This document shows positions 1 through 7,110 of a DNA stretch of 12,066 nt, piece after piece. Source of the DNA: Candidatus Bruticola sp. Its GTDB lineage: Bacteria; Vulcanimicrobiota; Xenobia; Xenobiales; Xenobiaceae. Under the pieces are notes generated by a model. That model made no database searches, was not told where the DNA came from, and was given only the letters and a program-made list of their open reading frames with translations. Both the position numbers and the translations under genes were made by a program. Numbering within the stretch: position 1 is the stretch's first letter; the number at the start of each line of letters is the position of its first letter. The stretch is from assembly GCA_051874735.1 (NCBI GenBank), contig JBJEGD010000034.1, forward strand, positions 1-12,066, in the 5' to 3' direction.

Positions 1-10
1 TAAAAGCTGC

Positions 11-29
11 TATTCTGTTTTCAAAACTT
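11..29 (-). promoter_or_regulatory. boxA-like antitermination element, possibly an rRNA operon leader
   Basis: Minus strand AAGTTTTGAAAACAGAATA resembles the Gram-positive-type rrn boxA (TCTTTGAAAAC). It lies about 30 nt downstream of the -10 of the strong promoter. The target gene is outside the window. Confidence 0.5.
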
Positions 30-61
30 GTTTGCGCATCGCTCATCGCGACTGCTTGAGT

Positions 62-125
62 ATGTTACCGCGCAGACCTTACTATGTCAAGTACTTTAGA
101 AGAAAAAAAAGCAACCTTTTTTATA
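62..125 (-). promoter_or_regulatory. Leftward sigma70/sigmaA-type promoter with A/T-tract UP element
   Basis: Minus strand reads TTGACA (90-85), a 17-nt spacer, then TAACAT (67-62). A/T tracts at about 95-125 lie in the UP-element position. Confidence 0.75.
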
Positions 126-211
126 GAACAACTAAGCAACGGACAGCTTCCCACAGACAAAATAAGTAAATAATATGAACTGGCACATTTTTTTTCTATA
201 CCGTCAAGCTC

Positions 212-240
212 TTGACAACAATCTAATGATAAATTATTAT
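212..240 (+). promoter_or_regulatory. Sigma70/sigmaA-type promoter of the MerC-family gene
   Basis: TTGACA (212-217), a 17-nt spacer, then TATTAT (235-240): near-consensus, about 75 nt upstream of the ATG at 315. Confidence 0.75.
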
Positions 241-242
241 CA
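222..242. promoter_or_regulatory. Fur-family (Fur/Zur-like) operator overlapping the -10 box
   Basis: The dyad TGATAA-ATTA-TTATCA (227-242) lies within TCTAATGATAAATTATTATCA. It resembles the 7-1-7 TGATAAT-N-ATTATCA box but is one base longer in the centre. Confidence 0.55.
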
Positions 243-314
243 CATAGTAAAAAAAATAAACTAAGGTGTTACGAGTCCTAATAGAGAACGGGCTCTTTTT
301 TGTGGGCAAAAGTT

Positions 315-761
315 ATGACAGCAATATCTTCTATATGTCAATGTCACCGAACCGGCGATGAAGCAGTCAAGTCTGTAAAGCTGCGCGGCCTCGATCTTTT
401 AGGCGTAGTATTGTCTTCAGCTTGCTTAATTCATTGTACGCTGCTGCCGGCAGTTTTGGCTCTGCTCCCCCTGTTAGGTGGAAAATTTCATCTAGATGAA
501 CGCTGGCATTCCTATATTACCGCTTTAATAGTTCCTGTAGCCTGTCTCGCTTTAGTTACCGGCTGGCTCAAACACAAACAAAATTTAGTGGCCTATCTTG
601 GAGTTGTTTCTTTAGCTATGATCTTAGGAGCTCATCCTCTGCATGAAGTGATCGGCCATTTGGGGTCGGAGATTGTAGGTGCAGTGGGCGGATGTCTCTT
701 GATAAGCGCTCATCTTTTCAACCACAAATTTATACATCAACACGCTTCTCAGAAACGCTAG
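315..761 (+). CDS. MerC-domain membrane protein (putative metal-related transporter)
   Basis: The pattern D-x-x-G-x-x-x-S-x-x-CLIHC-x-x-LP is typical of MerC-family proteins. There are four hydrophobic segments, GW-x-KH after helix 2, a C-terminal AH-x-x-N and a His-rich tail. The start is taken at ATG 315; the ORF is open from TTG 300. Confidence 0.8.
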   Translation: MTAISSICQCHRTGDEAVKSVKLRGLDLLGVVLSSACLIHCTLLPAVLALLPLLGGKFHLDERWHSYITALIVPVACLALVTGWLKHKQNLVAYLGVVSLAMILGAHPLHEVIGHLGSEIVGAVGGCLLISAHLFNHKFIHQHASQKR

Positions 762-891
762 TTAGTTATTAAAACCCGATCTATAAAATAACTAATCGAA
801 CTTTTACTTAGTTTTTTGTAATGTACAGGAAGAAAACAACCTCAAGCAGAACCCACCAAAGTTAAAACCTGGAACTTAGTGGTGAGAATTT

Positions 892-1884
892 GTGATTAAT
901 TTAAGTCAAAAACTTGGGCAGACCGCGCTTATATTCAGTTTAGCTCTAGCCCTCATTCCTAATAGTGCCGCTTATGCCAATGATGCGGCAGACGAGCTCC
1001 GCATCTCCTCTCCCCTATTTCAAATAGACGACGTTTGGCCAGAAAAAGATACTATTCCCGCTATAGAACCTATAGGAAGCGGCGCTCAATATACAAAACC
1101 TAGCTATATCCGCCGCCCAGAGCCACAAGACGTACAGCCAACGAAGGAAAATCTTCCCACGTTATCCATGCCTGCGATCACTTCTCCTGAAGATCTGCAA
1201 ACCTCATGGGGATATGGTACCAGAGAAAACAGTTACAACGGCTATATTTTTAATTCCGTAGCTAAGGTGTGGCCTCACCAAAAGGTAGTGCCTCTCAATC
1301 CTTTGCTTTTAAAGTCGCTACTAGCTTGTGAGAGCGGTTTTGATCCAGAAGCAGTCAGTTACACTGGAGCTGTCGGTATTGCTCAGCTAACCCCTGAAAC
1401 GGCTAAACGTTTTGGTTTAGGTTGGTCCGCTAGCCGCGATCCTCAGCAAGCTATACCTGCTGGAGTGAAAGTATTAGCAGAAAAAGCTAAGGTTATTATC
1501 GATCCCGGAAACTATCATAAAATGATGGGTTTAACTCCAGATCGCTGCCTTTATGCTCAGAAGGTGGCTGCGGCTTATCAAAAGTACGGTGTTCCTAGTA
1601 CTGAACAGTATTGGTGCCTGATGCTAGCAGCTTACAACGGAGGAGGAGGTACAATTCTACGAGCTATGGCTATAGCTTCAGATAGAGGTCTGGATCCACG
1701 TCAATGGGTCAACTTGGTGGGCGATATGAATGCCCCTCACAACACTCCTTTGTATTTGGCCTGCCAGGACATTTTTAGAGGCGGAGCTTTAAGCAAATAT
1801 AGGGAGATTGCCAACTACCCAGGCAAAATTATCAAGCTGTACAACAAATCAGTAACTCAGGAACAAAATATCAGCATAAAATAA
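892..1884 (+). CDS. Secreted lytic transglycosylase (SLT domain)
   Basis: The N-terminal signal peptide ends near AAYA. SLT motifs are present: ACESGFDPEAVS (catalytic Glu, codon 1330-1332), GAVGIAQL and LAAYNGG. The GTG start is preceded by GGTGAG. Confidence 0.88.
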   Translation: MINLSQKLGQTALIFSLALALIPNSAAYANDAADELRISSPLFQIDDVWPEKDTIPAIEPIGSGAQYTKPSYIRRPEPQDVQPTKENLPTLSMPAITSPEDLQTSWGYGTRENSYNGYIFNSVAKVWPHQKVVPLNPLLLKSLLACESGFDPEAVSYTGAVGIAQLTPETAKRFGLGWSASRDPQQAIPAGVKVLAEKAKVIIDPGNYHKMMGLTPDRCLYAQKVAAAYQKYGVPSTEQYWCLMLAAYNGGGGTILRAMAIASDRGLDPRQWVNLVGDMNAPHNTPLYLACQDIFRGGALSKYREIANYPGKIIKLYNKSVTQEQNISIK

Positions 1885-1901
1885 ATAATGCTGACGACAT
1901 T

Positions 1902-1957
1902 GTAAAGAAATGGCCTGCTTTGCTTTTTGCAAAAAGCAAAGCGGGCCATTTCTTTAC
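1902..1957. terminator. 56-bp near-perfect palindrome, probable bidirectional terminator between convergent genes
   Basis: Arms 1902-1929 and 1930-1957 are complementary at 27 of 28 positions (mismatch T1916/G1943). It lies between the convergent stops at 1884 and 1977. Both strands end in GGCC-ATTTCTTT. Confidence 0.75.
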
Positions 1958-1976
1958 CCCATACTTTATCTAAACG

Positions 1977-2879
1977 TTAAGCAGATTCCCAACCACCTTC
2001 TTTAAAAAACCAGTAGTGGATTAACGAAGCTATTCCTATAGCAGCAGCCAGCACTAAGGCAGCGGCTGAAGCAGTTCCCATATCGAAATTTTCAAAAGCA
2101 GTTTGGTAAATGTAATAAGAAGCAGTCAAAGTGGAATTTTGCGGACCACCGCCAGTTATAATAAATATTTCTGTAAATACTTTCAAAGCTGAAATAACTG
2201 ACAGCAAAGTGCAGACCGCGGCTGTGGGCTTTAGCAAAGGCAGTATAATTTTCCAAAGAATCTGCCAAGATGACACCCCTTCCAACGAAGCCTGCTCTTC
2301 CAACTCTTTGGGAATAGCCTGCAAACCGGCTAAGTACAATATTAAATAGTAGCCCAATCCCTGCCATGAAGTCACCATCATTAAGGAAAAAATGGCCAAT
2401 TTAGGATTAGTCAGCCAAGGTACAGGCTCAACTAGACCAAAACTCAGCCATACCAAAGCCTGATTCAGCAATCCATCATAGCGCAGCAGCCATTTCCAGG
2501 CTACGCCAAGTATAACAGTTGAGGTTATGGCAGGGATATATAGTACAGTTCTGGCCAGCCGCTCCTGTAAAGTTTCTCCACGCAGCAACCAAGCTAGAAA
2601 CAGAGAAGCCGCTTGCAAAAACGGCACTATCAGCACATAAAGAAGAGAATTTTTTAAAGCGCAAGCAAAGTAAGGATCGAGGCACAGACGCCTAAAATTG
2701 GCTAGCCCTACCCACTTAGGATTGACTAATTGACCGTCGCTGCCACATCGGAGCAGACTAAAATCGAAAAAGGCCAAAGCAGCTCCGCAAACTATAGGAT
2801 AAACTACAAACACTCCTAAAATTAACAGCATAGGGGCCATGAACAACCAAGGCACAAGCGGATTATTACTTTTGCGCAT
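1977..2879 (-). CDS. Carbohydrate (CUT1-type) ABC transporter permease, MalF/UgpA-like
   Basis: The protein has PWLFMAP, WVGLANF, the EAA-loop region LAGLQAIPKELEEQASLEG, IILPLLKP, TGGGP and about six transmembrane segments. Confidence 0.92.
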   Translation of the reverse strand: MRKSNNPLVPWLFMAPMLLILGVFVVYPIVCGAALAFFDFSLLRCGSDGQLVNPKWVGLANFRRLCLDPYFACALKNSLLYVLIVPFLQAASLFLAWLLRGETLQERLARTVLYIPAITSTVILGVAWKWLLRYDGLLNQALVWLSFGLVEPVPWLTNPKLAIFSLMMVTSWQGLGYYLILYLAGLQAIPKELEEQASLEGVSSWQILWKIILPLLKPTAAVCTLLSVISALKVFTEIFIITGGGPQNSTLTASYYIYQTAFENFDMGTASAAALVLAAAIGIASLIHYWFFKEGGWESA

Positions 2880-2909
2880 TTTCTCTCTAACTGTACCTAA
2901 AATTACGCC

Positions 2910-4268
2910 CTATTTTATCTGAGTCCAATCACCATTGTAACTAGGAGAGACATTAGGATTAAAATTACTGTTATCAGTATTGACAACATCACCGCTGCGG
3001 TTAACCCAAGCGTGATTATATCGATTAGAAGTTTCTACATTGGAAGAGGGATTGTAAGGATTAGAATGAGAGCTCTGCCCGCGTATAGCTTCGCTCCACC
3101 CCTGACTTGTGCGATCTTGCGAGGCAGAACGCTTGTTATAACTGTCGCTCAACATATCCGAAATATCTTGCTGATTCTGCCTATAAGCCTGCTGTTGCTG
3201 CTGAAACTGAGCATTTTGCCGAGCAGAAGCTGCATTTGTGGCTTGGGCCAAATACTGCTGCCACTGAGGATTGTTGACAGCACTCGACATTATCTGACGA
3301 CAAATTTTAACCGCCTTACCAGCCTCGCTCTTAGGAGAAGTACAGGAAATAATATCAAACAGTCCTTCACTGTGCATTTTGGGACCGAAAGCAAATTGAA
3401 TATCATCTAAAAACAGACAGGCTGTCATAGTTGATTCCCAAGGGCGCCCGTTTTTAGTAAACTCGTACTTAGCAACAAACTCTTTAATTAGGGGCTGTGC
3501 TTGACCTGCCGACATACGGCGGATCATCTGCGTTCTTTTACTATCTAATTCTTTTAAAGAGGCCGAAATTAATTTTATATTTTCCTTAAATCCGAACCTA
3601 TTCAAATCTTTTATAAAGATCTGACCTAACTTGCGTGGATTTGTATATAATGCAGCCTGTTTCCAACTACCAGCCCCTTGAGCGCAAATACCAGAATTAA
3701 GACTCATAGTAATTCCAGACTTAGGGTCACGGAAAAGAGCTTCATAAATTGCCAAACTGTAGCCAAACTGCCCCCATCTTACCTCACTTCTAGCTAACCA
3801 GTTGCGGGGAACTTTTAAAGAAAGAACGGAAAGTTTAGCTGTAGGATCGTACAGTTGATAAGTAGCGAAACTAGAGGGAAGCTCTAACTGACCAAAAGAA
3901 ACTACTGCAGGTTTACTGCTCACAGAATAGTTGCGAGCCGTAGTGGCTTGCGTAACTGCAGAGGATTTCTTAGTTATAGGGCTGGTCTTTTTGTTATTGC
4001 GTCTGATGGGGAAGCCATCTTCGTCTTCATTATCTTCGTCTGCTTCATCCTCATCTTCATTATCTTCATCGTATTCCTCATCTTGATTCACAGCCATATA
4101 CCCATCATCGACGTCATCAGAAATTTTATTGTCTTCCATTTCTACCGTTGATAGGCTTGGCTGATTATCACTAAATTCAGAATTACGACTCTCAGTAGAA
4201 CAGGCACAAAGCAGTCCCAAGAGCACACACGAAACTGCTAGAAAATGAAATCTGCGGCACTTATTCAT
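2910..4268 (-). CDS. Uncharacterised lipoprotein with an acidic low-complexity linker and a Q/N/S-rich C-terminus
   Basis: 452-aa ORF with a basic N-terminus, a hydrophobic stretch and lipobox LCAC. It has a D/E-rich tract. The Shine-Dalgarno AAGGGGG lies upstream of the ATG, and the ORF is collinear with its neighbours. Confidence 0.8.
   Translation of the reverse strand: MNKCRRFHFLAVSCVLLGLLCACSTESRNSEFSDNQPSLSTVEMEDNKISDDVDDGYMAVNQDEEYDEDNEDEDEADEDNEDEDGFPIRRNNKKTSPITKKSSAVTQATTARNYSVSSKPAVVSFGQLELPSSFATYQLYDPTAKLSVLSLKVPRNWLARSEVRWGQFGYSLAIYEALFRDPKSGITMSLNSGICAQGAGSWKQAALYTNPRKLGQIFIKDLNRFGFKENIKLISASLKELDSKRTQMIRRMSAGQAQPLIKEFVAKYEFTKNGRPWESTMTACLFLDDIQFAFGPKMHSEGLFDIISCTSPKSEAGKAVKICRQIMSSAVNNPQWQQYLAQATNAASARQNAQFQQQQQAYRQNQQDISDMLSDSYNKRSASQDRTSQGWSEAIRGQSSHSNPYNPSSNVETSNRYNHAWVNRSGDVVNTDNSNFNPNVSPSYNGDWTQIK
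4021..4080. repeat. Imperfect 30-bp tandem duplication encoding DEDNEDE twice
   Basis: TCTTCATTATCTTC occurs at 4024-4037 and 4054-4067, a period of 30, in frame within the acidic tract. Confidence 0.7.
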
Positions 4269-4304
4269 ATCTGCAAAATATCCCCCTTAAGTAATTATTA
4301 AATA

Positions 4305-4685
4305 TCAAATAAGTTCTGTATACTTGGCTTTCTTCCCCTTAGCTAAATTAACAGGATAATGAATTGCGTTAATTTCCGCCTTTTCACGCATAGCTTGAGC
4401 CAAATCAATGCCTAAACAATCGGACAGCGTCAATAAGTAGGAGAAAACGTCGGCCATTTCATAAGCGAACTCTTTATTTTTGCCACTCTTCACCGATTCG
4501 ATAATTTCCTCGCTGCTCTTAAAACGACATAATTCCAATACTTCCGCGGCTTCAATGGACATAGCGATAGCTAAATCTTTGGGATTATGGAACTGCTTCC
4601 AATCACGCGCGTCACGGAAAGCGATAACTTGACGGCGCAGTTCAGCAACGGTAGTGCAGTTATCATCGACAAATTCTTTATTCAT
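4305..4685 (-). CDS. MazG-like nucleotide pyrophosphohydrolase (dCTP pyrophosphatase 1/RS21-C6-like)
   Basis: The motifs FRDARDWKQFHNPKDLAIAMSIEAAEVLE, EMADV and the C-terminal K-x-x-x-N-x-x-HYP-x-x-x-AKG match the all-alpha NTP-PPase family. Confidence 0.92.
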   Translation of the reverse strand: MNKEFVDDNCTTVAELRRQVIAFRDARDWKQFHNPKDLAIAMSIEAAEVLELCRFKSSEEIIESVKSGKNKEFAYEMADVFSYLLTLSDCLGIDLAQAMREKAEINAIHYPVNLAKGKKAKYTELI

Positions 4686-5979
4686 GTTTTCTTTCTCCGT
4701 AACCTGAAGCTTCCACTATTTGATTCCACTGTTTTGCAGCTTCATCTAAGGCTTGAGCGCTCCCCTTTTCTCCGTATATTGCCGCTTCGGCAGCCCTACT
4801 AATAATACGTTCCAAATCGCGAGAACGAGGCAGACTTAAAGAAAAATCATCCGATTTAGGCAACTGCTGCAGAGACACCTGTATAGCTTTATCTAAAAGA
4901 GCATCGCCGCGGCTCTTTCTGAATAAAGAACTCTTGGCGCTACGGCGTGAAGAAGTTAATAAAGGCACTTCCAGCGCAAATTTCAGCTGATTCTGCCAAT
5001 TAGTTAAAAAAAGAGCCAGCTTAACTGCCATAGCTTTATTTTTTGAGGACTGAGGCACAGCAAAATTCATTAAAGCGGCTGGAACAACTCCTTCGTGAGA
5101 CCAAGGCAATGGAGCTATATCGGTATGGGCGTAGACTTGGGGAGCGTCAGCTTTGATTTGAGCCAATAGCTGAGGACCAGCTTCCAAAAGAGCCAGATTG
5201 CCTTGCTTATACCTTTCTAGAGCTCCCTGATATCCCTCAATAAAAAATTCTTTGGGCAGTAAATTTTGTCTGTAGAGTTCAGCATACCAGTCTAAAGAGG
5301 CAACATAAGTCGGCTGCTCAAACAGAGCCGAACCACTCCGGCGATCGTAAACTGGTAAGCCAAGCATTCGCCAATCATCAATAAGACGAACTACTGGAAA
5401 GCATCCCCATTTAGCAGGACAATACTTTTTTACTTCTGCAGCCCAACGAGCGACCTCTTCTCGGCTGCGAGGTGGGCAATCTACAGGCAAATGAGCTTCC
5501 TGTAGCAAAACTCGATTGTAAATGAGCACCCGCACCGAAACATACCACGGTACAGCGTAAACTTGACCTAAAAATTCGGAAGAGCGCCATAAATTGGGGT
5601 AATATTCCTGAATTTCACTTTCGCTAAGGTACTGGGAAACTGGAGCTAGGCTCATCTCTTGAGCCAAAAAAAGTACATTAGCAGTAGTCAGATTAACTAA
5701 GTCCGGAGGGACTCCTCCGGCTATAGAGGCCATTAATTTCTGCACAATATTCTGCTGAGGCAAATCAACCCAGTCAACTTTAACATTGGGGTTATTCTTC
5801 TCAAACTCGCAGAAAAGATTCTGCATAAATACAGTAAACTTAGGTTTTAAGGCTATAGTCCAGACTTCTAGATGCAGAGGCTCATTTTGCTCTGAACGAC
5901 GCAAACAGCCGCTTTCTGTCAGAGATAATAACCCCAAAAGTAGTACTATTCCCAAACCTAACAACCGAAACCAGCGCAT
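4678..5979 (-). CDS. Sugar-type ABC transporter substrate-binding protein (family 1), probable lipoprotein
   Basis: The signal peptide ends in SGC. Motifs include FEKNNPNVKVDWVD, GGVPPDLV, YAVPWY, LIYN and the C-terminal AQALDEAAKQWN. Confidence 0.9.
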   Translation of the reverse strand: MRWFRLLGLGIVLLLGLLSLTESGCLRRSEQNEPLHLEVWTIALKPKFTVFMQNLFCEFEKNNPNVKVDWVDLPQQNIVQKLMASIAGGVPPDLVNLTTANVLFLAQEMSLAPVSQYLSESEIQEYYPNLWRSSEFLGQVYAVPWYVSVRVLIYNRVLLQEAHLPVDCPPRSREEVARWAAEVKKYCPAKWGCFPVVRLIDDWRMLGLPVYDRRSGSALFEQPTYVASLDWYAELYRQNLLPKEFFIEGYQGALERYKQGNLALLEAGPQLLAQIKADAPQVYAHTDIAPLPWSHEGVVPAALMNFAVPQSSKNKAMAVKLALFLTNWQNQLKFALEVPLLTSSRRSAKSSLFRKSRGDALLDKAIQVSLQQLPKSDDFSLSLPRSRDLERIISRAAEAAIYGEKGSAQALDEAAKQWNQIVEASGYGERKHE

Positions 5980-7043
5980 TATGGCGTAACGGACTCTTCT
6001 GTATGCTTTTCTACAGCTGAACCTCCTGAAGAATCGGAGTTTTGCTCAGCTTCTGTCTGACGAGCAGCTTCAGCCTCAGCTTTGGCTTTCGCTTCAGCAG
6101 CAGCCTTTTCAGCAGCAATTTTATCTAAAGCCCTTTGGGCCTCAATAGTATTTCTGTCAAGTTCAAGGGCACGCCTAAACATTTTCTGGGCTTCTTCCAG
6201 CTGCTTCAATTCCCATAGACATTGACCGCGCAGTAAATAAGCTTCGCTAAGTTCGTTATTTTCTCCGTAAGCTCTGGCAGCAGCTTTTTCTGCAGCGTCA
6301 TAACGTTTATTGACATACATTTGGTAAGCCAAAGCCAAAGAAGCTAAATCGGTACGTTCCATTTGAGCCCGCACTTTATCTAAATTGGCAGATCCGTTAA
6401 GCTTATGGCCCATTTCATACTGAAGTATACCCAAACCCAAACGGTAAGCATGATTATCTGGATTATGGCGCACTGCATCATTCAAAAAAGATGAGGCCCG
6501 CACACGATCTCCTCTCAACCGATACAGCATACCTAAATTATAATGAGCTTTCGCCATTTCTGGCTTCAGCCGCACAGCCTCACGCCACTCAGATTCAGCT
6601 TTGTCTAAGTCGCCTTGAATCCAGCTAAGCACACCTGACATATAACGAGATTCCGGCCCTCCGCCTGGAGCCTTACTCAGTTCGCCAATCGCCTTTTTGG
6701 CATTATCTAACTGCTTAAGCTGCACATAACATTGACTGAGTAGTCCCCAGCCATTGACGAAATCGGGCCTCAATCCAGTCAAACGTTTTAAAAGAGGTAC
6801 AGCCTTATCGTATTCTTCCAACGACATATGACAGATAGCTTTCATATATAAAGCATCTGCATAACCAGGATCAACTTTTAGCGCCCTCTCTAAAAAAGGC
6901 AGCGCCTCTCTCCAATGCTTGCCTGATACATAGGTACGGGCCTGCTGGTACTCTTGCAGCGCGCCTACCTGCTGAGCTTCAACTGCTGAAAAGCAGCATA
7001 AACATAAAAGCAAAACCTGGAAAATTCGGTAAATCTCTTTCAA
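5979..7043 (-). CDS. Exported tetratricopeptide-repeat protein
   Basis: The signal peptide ends at VEA. There are multiple TPR units (e.g. AVRLKPEMAKAHYNLG, FRRALELD) and an Ala/Glu/Lys-rich tail. The TTG start has SD AAGGAG, and the stop overlaps the next ATG (TAATG). Confidence 0.88.
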   Translation of the reverse strand: MKEIYRIFQVLLLCLCCFSAVEAQQVGALQEYQQARTYVSGKHWREALPFLERALKVDPGYADALYMKAICHMSLEEYDKAVPLLKRLTGLRPDFVNGWGLLSQCYVQLKQLDNAKKAIGELSKAPGGGPESRYMSGVLSWIQGDLDKAESEWREAVRLKPEMAKAHYNLGMLYRLRGDRVRASSFLNDAVRHNPDNHAYRLGLGILQYEMGHKLNGSANLDKVRAQMERTDLASLALAYQMYVNKRYDAAEKAAARAYGENNELSEAYLLRGQCLWELKQLEEAQKMFRRALELDRNTIEAQRALDKIAAEKAAAEAKAKAEAEAARQTEAEQNSDSSGGSAVEKHTEESVTP

Positions 7044-7110
7044 TAGCGGTTACGCTCCTTTTTTACAGCAGATTTTTGGCCTAATTAACAGATTCTATAA
7101 GCTCAGCTCT

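Noticed and set aside
315-761. Mercury resistance operon
   Set aside because: There is no merR, merA, merT or merP, and the promoter spacing is not MerR-type.
762-795. TTAGTTATT/AATAACTAA inverted repeat after the MerC-family stop
   Set aside because: The stem is almost all A/T with a 16-nt loop and no immediate U tract, too weak to call a terminator.
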